Source of the DNA: Vitrella brassicaformis CCMP3155
Taxonomy: Eukaryota; Protista; Chromerida
Direction of reading: 5' to 3'
DNA length: 64,000 bases
Assembly: GCA_001179505.1 (NCBI GenBank)
Contig: CDMY01000406.1
Coordinates: 1 to 64,000 of the forward strand
The notes below the pieces were generated by a model that made no database searches, was not told the origin of the DNA, and saw nothing but the letters and a program-made list of their open reading frames with translations. This document shows, in pieces, positions 11,961 through 23,695 of the stretch (positions within the stretch are counted from its first letter, which is position 1; each line of letters starts with the position of its first letter). The position numbers were made by a program, and so were the translations under genes.

Positions 11961-12466
11961 CATGGAAACTGGGCGTTGCCAACCTGACACACCTTTCTCG
12001 ACCTCTCGCTGCAAGTGGCGCCGGTGGGTGGGTGGGTGTCCACGAGTGGGCGTCTTCGTGTGTGCATTTGTTTTCCTGTTGTGTGTCTGTTCAGTCGCTG
12101 CAGAGTGTGTCGCTCTTTTTGTGTGTGGAGAGCTACTTCGGCGAAGAGACGCTCGAAGGGAGAGAGGTAAACAGAGTACAAGTCTGTTTGTGTGTCTCAA
12201 CCAACGTGTGTGGTGCAATGGGTCCACGGATGCCCGGCCGGTCATCAGGAGTATTCCTGTGGGGCAAGCAAAAGAGACGGGTGCGTTTAGAAGGCACTAA
12301 TATGACACACACGATCGACTGTCCACCACACAGGCGACCAAGTAGCTGTCGGTCACTCATGCGCCGGAGATGCTCTTCTTGCACATCAAACGGTATCTCA
12401 CACAGACAGACAGACACACAGCCACACAGCCACACATACCTCTCATTCTGCCGTCTTTCGCCTCAG

Positions 12467-13567
12467 GCCGGCCAGCACATTGGCCTATTTGACCTGCTGC
12501 CGGACGTCGAGCGTGACGTCTTCTTCGCTCTGCTCGGCCCCGACGGCCTCGCCCGCCTCCGGCGCACCTGCACACTCGGCAGCCAGCGCGTGTCGGAGGC
12601 CTATGTCAAGACGCAGATCGATGCACTTCTCGTCGACAAGGGCCTCCAGGACATCCTCAGCTACGACCTGCCATCCGTCGGTCATCTGCTGCGGCTCCTG
12701 CACATCATCCAGCAGAGCGGCGAGTGGGCGGCCATGGTGGCCATCATCAGAGTGGCTGTGCATCAGGGGCGGGGGGGAGGGCAGTTGCCGATAGAGCTGG
12801 GCGAGGCTGATGTGGAGGCGTTGGACGGCCGGGCAGTGTTTGAGGGGCGGTGTGAGGCGCTGCGCCAGCTCTCACTCATCGGCCGGCACATCGGCCTGCC
12901 GCTGTGGCTCGTCAACAGCGAGGAGGTGCTGGGTTGTCGGTCGTATGGTGAGCGAGGTGGGAATACCTATGGGCAACGGATCATTTGGTTGCGTGTCTGT
13001 GTGTCTGCAGGTCGGGAGTTTGCGTCAGTCCGCGACGGTGTCCTGGACAGGTGAGAGATGAGTGGTAGGGGTACACATTGGCTGCCCCGCTCTGCCGTGA
13101 TGTGCCTGATCAGGATGGGTCGGGGAGGGTCGGAGGTCGCCCGTCAGTATGTCTACCAGGGCAACGATGCCACACGCCTCAACCGACTGGTCAGCAAGGA
13201 ACACACGACTGCCTCAGCAGCCGCCCCACTCGCTCATTGTCATATCTCACTTTCTCTTCAGCGGCAGCTCGCCACTCAGGAGCTGCCCATCTGGAACTGC
13301 CACACCATCAGCACCTGCCTGGCACCAGAAGGCTTCTATCGAATGATAGTGCTGCATGGCGACCAGCCGGATGACAGATTCACGGCCCACATCGACATCT
13401 TCAGCTGCCACATCGATGCCCACGCCTTCCTCCACACGACGGAGCGTCCGGTGGATGGCAGGAAGGGAGCGGTCAGGTTCCCCGAGACAGTGAGGGTCGT
13501 GCATGAGGTGATGGGAGCCGACGCACAGGTGGCGTTCGGCAACCAACTGGCCGTAGAGGTAGACTAG
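12467..13567 (+). CDS. Lineage-specific family member with F-box-like N-terminus (5' exons not resolved)
   Basis: GLFDLLPDVERDVFFALLGPDGLARLRRTC...GRGGGQLPIEL...CEALRQLSLIGRHIG; last exon ...FLHTTERPVDGRKGAVRFPETVRVVHEVMGADAQVAFGNQLAVEVD*. Confidence 0.75.
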
Positions 13568-13889
13568 AACAACTCATCTCTCAAATGCCGACTGTACAGA
13601 CGGCCTCCCTGTCTGTCTGCCCACGGCAGCAGATGGCAGGCAGGCGTGTTCGAGAGACTGACGGATGGATACCTTGGTGGACGGTGTGTGAGTCTGCGTG
13701 ATGGGACGGAGTGGATGGCGTCCTTCAGTGGGTGACGGATTTTCTTATATAACGGGATACAATGGAGGTTCTCTCTCCCCACAGAAACATATTCACCAGT
13801 CAATCCGACTCGTCTGTTCACACATAGTGTGCGACGCTAGCCTGCAGGGGCGGGGCCAACAGCACCAGCAGCTTTGCTGTCTCCTGACG

Positions 13890-16800
13890 CTGTCTCAACA
13901 CCGCCCACACCCCTCACCCCAGCCCCCCCGCCCCGTTACCACACACGCGCCTCATGCCTTCAAGTTGTGTGTCAGGACTGAATCTGTGCTGCAGGTGGAC
14001 AGGGTGGCGGACTGTGTACACATGCGATGTGTGATTGAACCTTTACCTTCAAGGCGGTCGGTGTGCAATCTCTGTCTGTCTGCCTGTCTGCAGTCTGTCT
14101 GTGTGTGTGTGCGCATACAGACAGGGATTGAGGGAGGGAGGGGGGGATTGAGGGAGGACATCGGTGTGTGCGTGGCGTGTGCCTGCTGCCTTGCTGGGCC
14201 GCTTCATGGATGGATGGTTGGTGTGTGTCTGCCTGTCACGCTCATGGCGAAGCCGACGGTGTGCCCGGCGGACCAACAGCAGCTCGCTCGTCCATTCATT
14301 CGTCTCTGTGCGGGGCTGGCTGCATTCATGAGTCGATGGACAGCCACAGACAGACAAACACATGCAGTGATTCAAAGCTTGGCTGGCCAGTTTTCATCCA
14401 ACACACACACACACACACGCAAAGAAGTCGCCGAGCCGTTGGCTGTCGGTGTGTCTCTCGAAGGATACATACATAGGTTATCCATCCCATCTATCGTGAG
14501 TGAGTGAGTGAGTCTCACATCTCCATCAACGCAAAAATAGCAAACAGACCCCTCACTCACGGCACAAACCCGACTGCAACTCATCGCATCCTATCCTACA
14601 GGCGCACGTACTACCACGCCATCAGAGTGCCCTATGTCTTGGTCTTGTGTGTCCCACGATGGATGTTAGTCGCCTATGTGATGCCTCCTGTCCGACCGCT
14701 CTGAAGGACGACTCTCCTGGCTTCTCACTGTGCTCAGCCGCGAGGCCAAGGCACGGAGCTCCGCTTGCGCCTCACGATGCTCGTCGGCAGCTGAGACACA
14801 CAACACACACACACATACACACACATACACAAGGACTCATCTGACTTCTTCGGGCTGTTCGTGTCTCTGTTGCGTACCGGCCATGTCGGCCGTCTTTGCC
14901 TCCAGCAGCTGGTATATCCGGCGAAGGAGACCATCTTCAGCCGCGTTGAAGGTGGAGGCCGAGTACATGCAGCCCTGCGATATGATGTAAAAGCCCGGCG
15001 AGGGAATCAGATAGGCGCCGCTGCCATCTGGAGAGGGAAACACAGAGACACACATGTAACCCGCCAGTGTCATGACACTGTGTGCCAGTCGTGTCTTGCC
15101 TTGAGGATGATCCCAGGCGGCTCTTCGTCGATCGCCATCATTGAATAGAACACGCAGATTCTGACAGGGCAGACAACACGATGACCGACACAAAGGTGCC
15201 GACTGTGTCCTTATGCGTCTTCTGACCTCGTGCCAGGCCATCGAGACGTGAAAGAGGTCTCCCCCGCCCTCTGGCACCCCCTCACACCTCACACCGGGCG
15301 AAAGGGTCCACTTCTCCTCCCTCACCCCGCTGTCGGAAATCTCGTCTGCTCGTCGATAGTGGCAGCGGGGATACATCCAGCTGGTCGTGTACAGGATGTG
15401 GGCCCTCTTCGCTGTTTTTGCCTCCTTGTCGAGCAGCGACAGAATGTCTGAAGGAGACAGGGAGGATTTTGCAGCCGACTGTTTTTTTCATTTTTGGTCG
15501 TTTCTCACCGAGACAGGCCTCACGAGCGATCATGTCCTCGCACCAGAGTGTGTGGACAACGCCTTCATTCAACAGATGGACGCCCTCCTGCTCGATGGAA
15601 TCGTAGCCCTCTGACGCGCCAGCAAACCGAGACTGATTTTCTCTTCTTTGCTTGATGGCTGTATGAGTGCCGCTGGCCTTACGTTTTCCGTCAGTGCCGA
15701 CGGGCGCATCCCACTCTTTCTCCCTGCCCCCCTCGGTGATGCCCATCACGAAGCACATTGACTGAAAGAGAAGGTAGGCAGCCCGACAACAACCGTACCC
15801 AGCTGTCCGCCTTGATGTGTCTCGGCTCACCTTCTGCTCAACATGACCATACCACAGCTCATTCGTTAGCTGGAGACACTCCTTGCTGTCCAGACGATGC
15901 TTTGACGGATCCGATCCTATAAAGCCGACGACATACTCACACTTCAGTTGCATCTGCTCGCTATTGCCGTTGCTGCTGCTGTTGTTGTTGCTGCTGCTAT
16001 TGCCGCTGCTGCTAGCGCTGCTGTTGCTGTTGCCGCTGTTGCCTGACTTGAGTGTGTAGTAGAGGTGCAGCCCCGGTCGCTGGAGGTCTCTTGTATCGTG
16101 ATCCTGCAACATCACGACAACTGACACAAACGTGTCTTTTCCTTCGTATTTCTAACCTGCTGCCATGGGGCGGCCAAGTCAAACGTCGCTTGCTGTGCTT
16201 CCGCTTGCTGTGCTTCGGCAGTTCTCGATGCGGTGGGCTGGTCGGGTGGGCTGGTCGGGTGAGCTGACCGGCCGGAGGCGGATGAGCTGATTGGGTTTGA
16301 CCAGGGAACGTATCTGGGCCCATATGTCCTCCGGGGAGATGTCGGACAGCCTTCTGACAGCCTTCCGCAAATCCTTGATCTTCACGAGAAGTGGTCCGAT
16401 CTTCGCACTTGGCGTCGCTCTCGCCATGCTGAACAGCAGGAGTCGAGTCTATCAGGTGCATTTTTCGTGGCTTTTCTGTTACACTCACGTGTCGGTTGCC
16501 CTGGCCGTTGAGTGTGAAGGCGATGTGGAAGGCGAGCTGGGTGGTGGGGAGCTGGGCGGCAGGCTCGCTCGCTCGCTCGCTCGGTCGCCCTGGTCCTGCA
16601 GCCAGCCAGGTAGGTCAACAAGCAGATAGACCACATGCCACGATTCCCTCTCAGCATTTCAGCAGCAGTCTTGGCTTTCCTTACGTGTCGCTGGCGGTGG
16701 GCGAGACCGCTGCGCTGGGCGTCACGAAGGGGCCAGCTACAACAACGACACGACAAGAGAGACACAGATGATCAACCACTTTATCGCATTTGTGTCGCAC

Positions 16801-18468
16801 CTGAGGCCTCTGCCAGTGCGGCTCTCAGGTCAGGGACGACAGACTGGAGAAGGTCCTGCCGATGATGACGAAGAGACTCCGGCCGCAGGATTTCTCCGTC
16901 AACCAGCAAGTACAGGCCTGCGCCTCGGAGAACGTAGTTGCCACCTGCAGGCATACGCAAAACGCACCACAGTGACAAGCAGAGAAGGATATCCAGACCG
17001 TGTGGTTCTTCCTTCACCTCCTGGAGCGTGATCCCAAGAGCCGCTCCCGTCATTTAGGACGAACTCGAGACGCTGAGTGGAGACACATACACATTTGGCA
17101 TAAGAGAAAGCACATTTCACCCACTCGTGGGTCTCTGTGCGGTGTGCACTGCAGCTTACGCTATGGAATGGCATTTGCGCATGCCACACACAGCGGTCGG
17201 AAAACGCATTGCACACGATGCCTGGAGGGTCTGTCCAGCGGCCGTCGGTGGGCTTTTGGAAGTGGATGCGGGGCGACGTCCAGCCGGTGAAGTAGAGAAG
17301 GTGCGCCTCTGCTACGCCACGCGCCGCCTTGTCGAGGATACACAGCCGGTCTGACGAACAAACAAGCAGCTGGATTCACGATGAAAAACCCTGTGTCTCT
17401 CATCGATCAGCTTCTTACCGACATAATCCACGTTACACCTCAGGACGTCCAGCCTTCCGTCTTGGAGGAGGTACACGCCGTCCGCGGTGGCGCTGTAATT
17501 GAGTTCTGAGAGTAGCACAGCAGAGGCGCAAGCAATTTGGATGACGGCGTCTGTCGTTCTGAAGCGCTCACTTCCTGTGAGTGACGGAGGATTGTCCCAC
17601 TCAGTGTGACTTGCGTCACACATGACAAAGTCGGCGGCCTGCATGCACCAAGGCATCCTCTTACATTGACTTTCCTGCCTTTGCCTCCCTCGCCCTGCTT
17701 ACCCTTTACTGAATGTGCAGATACCACAGCCCTCCCTCGAGCGACAGGCACTCACGGTCAGCCCACTCGGCCGACCCCTGCCGGCTGTAGTGGCACACTG
17801 GGCAGTGCCAGCCCGACCGGTACAGCTGAGAAGATCAACACACAGCACACAACAGACACAAGGTCAGACGTCTCAGCGCCTGTCAGAAGCTGTCTTCCCA
17901 TCTCTGCCCGTGAGGGTACTGACGATGTGGATGCCGGGCCTCCTGATATCCACCTGGACGCACAGAACACAGCACGTGGGAGTCGTGTCGCCGTATTCCC
18001 ATGCATCCCAATAGTCACCTCGTTACGAGGGCCGATGTCGACGCCTTGCCACACGTCGTGTGGCAGCAGGGAGCCGAGCTGCGCCAACTTGAGGGCGGTG
18101 GGGCTTTCCAGAGAGGGCTTGGCCCGGTCGATGAGGTCCTTGAAACTCGTCATCGGGGGAGGGAAGGGAGAATCATTCAAACTTCGGAGACTGGGGGCTG
18201 CTGGGGGCTAGTACCACTGGCAGGAGACGCCACTGGCAGCCTCGTGAGTCGACTGATGCCTCGCAGCGGCGTCAAATCGCAGGATGTCGGCATCTCCATC
18301 CCTTTGGTCCTCTTCCTCTGCTCCATCCTGCTGCTCTTTTCCCTCCCGCCCTCCTGCCTCACTGAGGCATTCACGTCCCTGCCGGTGGTGTCGGTCAACA
18401 CGACCCTCTACTACCCCGCCGGCAACGGGTCGGCGTGTCTGGTCGACCGCAGCATCATGTTTGCCATG
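13890..18468. repeat. Segmental duplication copy B
   Basis: Aligns with 6040-10628. Confidence 0.95.
14666..18153 (-). pseudogene. 4xCBM25-like gene, copy 2, with premature TAA in module 1
   Basis: Copy 1 reads CAC ATT CAG CAC CAG|gt; this copy reads CAC ATT CAG TAA AGG|gt (17706-17708). The other exons look conserved. Confidence 0.65.
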
Positions 18469-19225
18469 AATCGTGCGCTGACGGAGCTCAAGGCGGCCGA
18501 GGGCAACCAGAGTCTCATGGCCAGGTGGACGGCGCCCGTCGAGGAGGGCGGGGCGGGAGAGACCAACTACCGGTGGGCGAACGAAGATGGGCCTTTGTCT
18601 TCTCTTTTGTGTTCACGGTCACCTCTCCTCTGGTTGTCCTCTGTGTGATTGCGTCAGGTTGGCAATCGATTGTGGTTTGGACACCGCCCAGTTCCCATGG
18701 CCGCCGGTGGTTGAGAACAGCAGGCTGGAGAAAGCACTCGAGCGCAAGGTGGCGTCCATGCACTCACAGAAGGACACAAAGACAGAGAGACAGGCAGCCT
18801 TTAATGTTTTCTGTTGCCCTTTGTTGTCAGTCGTTGAACTTGGCTTCCTTTGTGTTGCCGCAAGAGGAGGCGGAGCCCCCGGTAATTCGGACGGCCATCG
18901 ACATCGCCCGTGCAGAGGCAGCGACCATTGGCCGGCACTACATCGGCGAGCCGCTGGGAATCGAAGTCATCAAGTACGGCTCGGCGGCAGAGACACTCGC
19001 GGTGAGTGAGGGGGGGAGTGAGACACGGCGACTATCGGTGTCTCACTGATGGCTGTCAGGAGTTGAACAGCGGCGATGTCGACCTGACATTGCCGTGGTT
19101 TGCCAAGGGCGGGCTGATCGGCGAGAGGACGTCCCCCGAGGGCATGATGGGGCGCACTGTGGCCTTCGACGTGGGCTGCGACGCCGCCATCAACCAATAC
19201 ATTGTGTCCGTGTCAAGACTCAAGA
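18256..19225 (+). pseudogene. Solute-binding-protein-like gene, exons 1-4 only
   Basis: Aligns with 22075-23065; homology stops in intron 4 just before the exon-5 acceptor (about 19290). Confidence 0.8.
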
Positions 19226-19347
19226 GTGAGGGACGCTTGCGTGTGTGTCGCTGCAATGATTCTCATGTGTGTGTGTGTGTCTTGTGTCTGTCTGAGGGGG
19301 ACGAAAAGGACCAGATGAAACCGTGTTTCGGTGTGTTGTGCATGCAG

Positions 19348-19537
19348 GTTGAATTCGAGAGCCCCGGGATCCATCTCGTGAGCTCATGGGGGAAAATTTA
19401 ATGAGGAGACTGGCTGAGCCATCTGAAATTTTGAATGTGTTGGTTGTTTTCAGTTGTATATGTCGGCCTGACAGCCCCCCGTGTGCCACTTCAGGGGCGA
19501 CAAGGGCGACTGGAGCGACAAGGAGTGCGTCCAGCCG
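19348..19537 (+). pseudogene. Relic CBM25-like exons on the + strand
   Basis: cag|VEFESPGIHLVSS resembles VDIRRPGIHIVST; cag|LYMSA*QPPVCHFRGDKGDWSDKECVQP|gtaagt resembles LYRSGWHCPVCHYSRQGSAEWADRECVSL, with TGA at the conserved Trp. Confidence 0.6.
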
Positions 19538-19718
19538 GTAAGTTAAGACACGGGGGAATGTGTCATGGAATGTGGCTTGACGTGTGTTTTGTTTGGTGTA
19601 GGGCGTCGGGCGGGGAGGGTCGTTTGTCTGTTGATGGAGACGGGGGAGACGGTTTGAGGCCCAGGAGAGAGCGATGTGTCGGATGCCCACCAGTATTACA
19701 TTGTGCGCAGTGGACTCA

Positions 19719-19751
<33 letters not shown>

Positions 19752-20005
19752 GTGACGTCCTGTCAGTGCATCAACTCACATGCATCGTGTTCGTCAGTAT
19801 GTCGAGCCACCCAAGCACACCAAACCAAAGCATTGAAGCGAGTTTCAGTTTGCCGATGAATTGTGCTGTTTGCTCACTCGTTCATGTGAGTGAAGCCATT
19901 CAGTCATCGAGTCCAACAGAAAAGAGTACGACATCTAGCCAGTCATGGCACACACACATTACAATCAGTCGCACCACCCGTTCAACGCACGCATTCCACC
20001 ACTGC

Positions 20006-21807
20006 TCAGTCAGACAGACCTGGCACCACCGTCCCCCTGTCGATGACGTCACGCTCGAGACCGAATGGCCGCAGCACACGGCGGACGGCACCAATCGACT
20101 CGGGGAAGCGCTGGGTTAGCGATGCCGGCGCATCAGCAGCAAATCGCTCGGTCGTGTACAGACAGATGCGGCCAAACCCCACCCACAGAAAGGCGGCGAC
20201 GGTCTCGTTGGGTCTGAAGCCGCTCACTATCACACGACACTCGTGACTCGCATTTCCATAAGGCAGATTGACCTGGTCGTAGCGATAGTCCACGGCGGCG
20301 ATGCCCAGATCCTCTGTGATGCCCTCGGTCAGCAGACGGCCATACCGAGGGTCATCACGGCCGATATCTGCATAGACCACAATCTTCGCATCCACCCCAT
20401 GCTCGTAGCACCACCTCCAGAGCAGCCCGTTGAACAGGAATGATGAGAATGAGGGGAACAGAAAGTAGTACCAGCGGATGGCGGGGTCGGTCCGCTTGTA
20501 GCCGTTGGTGTAGCGATGGCCGCTCGGCAGATCACCTAATGGCACCACATGAAACGAGTCATTGCCGATCCTATAGCCCCCATTGTCGGCTTGCTGCAGC
20601 GCCAGGCTGAGCACTCCATGTGTCAGCATATGGCCGATGACCCTGTAGATGGCCATTGCGATCGGCAGTTGATGGAAGGCCGTTGCTGTGGGCAGCGAGT
20701 TGGCCGACAGCCAAAGGGGCCGCGTCGTGTTGGCGGGGGTCAGTCGATAGATGAAGGCCAGTCGAAGAAACCGCCCCAACGACCGCCACTCCTCACCGCT
20801 GCCCTGCTCCAGCAGCCAGACGAATCTCAAGCCGCCCTCCACGTCACCATCAATGTCGAAGGCCAAGACGTCCTCCAAGCCGAGACGCCTGATGGCCCTG
20901 TCGATGTGCTGCTGGACGCCGTTGAGCAGCGTGCTGGTGACGGTCGTCGGGGTGTGGCCCAGCAGCTCCTGTTGCCTGAGGCCTGTGACAGCGACACAGA
21001 CACGACCAGCTGATGACAATTGGCACATGTATGTATTGGTTGTACTTGGAGCCTTCTTCAATGCAGCATCGACGCCACGATTGACGAGCGGCAACAGATG
21101 TTGTCGCTGGCGGAGATCGACGGGGCGGAGGACGGCCCCGTCGATGACGAAATAGAGTCCCGACTCGCGAAGGACATAGTTGCAGCCTGCACACACAAAA
21201 GACACCCAGAAACAGAGAAAGAAAGCATTCAAGGAGCTCGTCTTCATTCATCACCCCACCTCCAGGGACATGATCCCAGCAGCCCTTTCCGTCAGTGAAG
21301 ACAAACTCGAGGAATGAAAGCAAAACAAGCTGATCTATCAGACGAATGATGCATTGTCTCTCCGTGCGATGTACAGCTTACGGCATGTGACGGCACGACC
21401 GCATGGAATACCCCGTCGGCACCAAATGCATCACACTGGACGCCGGGAGGTGTTGTCCAGCGGCCGCTGGGCCTCTTGAAGTGGATGTTTGGTGAAGTCC
21501 AGCCGGTGAAGTACAGGATGTGCATCTTTGCCACGCCCCGAGACGTCTGGTCGATGTCATACAGTAGATCTGAGGAAAGAAGGGAGTTGCGAAAGATTCC
21601 CAGCAGCTCCTGTTGCTGAGTGCGGGTGACGATCTGTGAGCGGAGAGCGGCTCGCGTGGCATTGTCAGTCGACATGGCCATGCGGGCCATCTTGCTGATG
21701 GGCAAAGACATGTCAAAGAGGTCGGCGGGCTGGAAGAGGGCATCGCTGGGGGGCTGCGACGAGGGCGCTGCACCAGTGGGCTGCATCAGTCGTGATTGTG
21801 GGGTCAT
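20006..21807 (-). CDS. Chimeric protein: one CBM25-like module fused to a large lineage-specific domain ending LYTTE...RFP
   Basis: HILYFTGWTSPNIHFKRPSGRWTTPPGVQC | LEFVFTDGKGCWDHVPG | CNYVLRESGLYFVIDG, then VQQHIDRAIRRLGLEDVLAFD...RICLYTTERFAADAPASLTQRFPESIGAVRRVL. Confidence 0.75.
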
Positions 21808-22074
21808 GTGCGTGAGAGATCTGCAGGCACACGAAGACACGAAAGAGCTTCTGTTTTTTGGCATTTCGATGCCACCTTTGCTTCTCTGAGTGCCATCTTA
21901 CCCTCACTGAATCCGCTTCCGCTCCGGCTCCTTTCGTATGAGGCTAAGCTTGCAATCCCTTCGGTTCCGTTTCGGGGCTCGCATGCGAGCTTGGGGGATT
22001 TGGGGCTTTGCATGCATTTCGCGAAGCGTAGCGATCCCGCCAGCCCGACGGAGGAGGGAAATCCATATCGACTG

Positions 22075-23621
22075 ATGCCCCACAGCGGCGTCAAATCGCA
22101 GGATCTCGGCATCTCCATCCCTTTGGTCCTCTTCCTCTGCCCCATCCTGCTGCTCTTTTCCCTCCCGCCCTCCTGCCTCACTGAGGCATTCACGTCCCTG
22201 CCGGTGGTGTCGGTCAACACGAGCCTCTACTACCCCGCCGGCAACCGCTTGGCGTGTCTGGTCGACCGCAGCATCATGTTTGCCATGAATCGTGCGCTGA
22301 CGGAGCTCAAGGCGGCCGAGGGCAATCAGAATCTCATGGCCAGGTGGGCGGCGCCCGTCGAGGAGGGCGGGGCGGGAGAGACCAACTACCGGTGGGCGAA
22401 GATAAGATGGGCTTTGCTTTGTCTTCTCCTTTGTGTTCACTGCCATCTCTCCTCTGATTGCCCTCTGTGTGATTGTTTGTGTCAGGTTGGCAATCGATTG
22501 TGGTTTGGACACCGCCCAGTTCCCATGGCCGCCGGTGGTCAACGGCAGCAGGCTGCAAAAAGCGCTCGAGCGCAAGGTGATACGCATGCACTCACAGAAG
22601 GACACAAAGACAGAGAAACAAGACGCTGCCTCTCGTTGTTCTGTTGCCCTTTGTTGTCAGTCGTTGAACTTGGCTTCCTTTGTGTTGCCGCAAGAGGAGG
22701 CGGAGCCCCCGGTAATTCGGACGGCCATCGACATCGCCCGGGCCGAGGCAGCGACCATTGGCCGGCACTACATCGGCGAGCCGCTGGGAATCGAAGTCAT
22801 CAAGTACAGCTCGGCGGCAGAGACACTCGCGGTGAGTGAGTGGGGGAGTGAGACACGGCAACTGTCGGTGTCTCACTGATGGCTGTCAGGAGTTGAACAG
22901 CGGCAATGTCGACCTGACATTGCCGTGGTTTGCCAAGGGCGGGCTGATCGGCGAGAGGACGTCCCCAAAGGGCATGATGGGGCGCACTGTGGCCTTCGAC
23001 GTGGGCTGCGACGCCGCCATCAACCAGTACATTGTGTCCGTGTCAAGACTCAAGAGTGAGGGACGCTTGCGCGTGTGTCGGTGCAATGATTCTCTCATAT
23101 GTGTGTGTGTGTGTGTGTGTGTGTCTTGTGTCTGTGCAGCCTGGAAAACGTTTGACGACCTGCAGCAGGCAGGCGCAGAGCTCAAGATGGTCACCGCTTA
23201 CTCAGGTGAGTGCATCACGTCTTAGTGGACAAGAATGTGCGTGTGTGTGTGTGTGTATTCCTCTCTCATGGCTGCAGGTCGGTACAGCATCTTGAGTGCC
23301 ATATTCCCGTTGGCCGAGATCGTTTTCGACCCCCATGTCAACGAAAAGAGCGAATTTGTGGCCTTTCTGGCGGGCAATATCACAGGTCAGAGGCTATACA
23401 GTCTGTCCACACGAACATGCACACGGTCCCATCCAGTCACCACGCCCCTCCCCTCTCTGTCTGTCTGTGTGTGTGCAGGTATTCTCGGTGACAAGTCGCG
23501 CATCCGCTCGACGACGGGCATCCCCTCGGGCTTCCTGGACCTGCTGTTCGAGGAGGTCAACACGGGCATACTCGTGCCCATCACGGCCTTCTACCCCGCA
23601 CCCGGACACCTCTGCCCATGA
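22075..23621 (+). CDS. Secreted solute-binding protein family 3 (type II periplasmic-binding fold)-like protein, 7 exons, complete copy
   Basis: Hydrophobic signal ISIPLVLFLCPILLLFSLPPSCLTEA; motifs AIDIARAEAATIG, ELNSGNVDLTL, GRTVAFD, KTFDDLQQAG, FPLAEIV, EFVAFLAGNITGILGD; frame-consistent GT-AG junctions; several N-glycosylation sequons. Confidence 0.7.
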
Positions 23622-23695
23622 CAATGGTCGTCGGTCACCACGGACACAGCCGAGGGGCCACCACACGGCAGCCGACGGAGCACTCACTGACTGAC

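Noticed and set aside
6040-18468. LTR retrotransposon or other mobile element explaining the long direct repeats
   Set aside because: The repeats contain spliced host genes; no RT, integrase, transposase, TG..CA termini or target-site duplication seen
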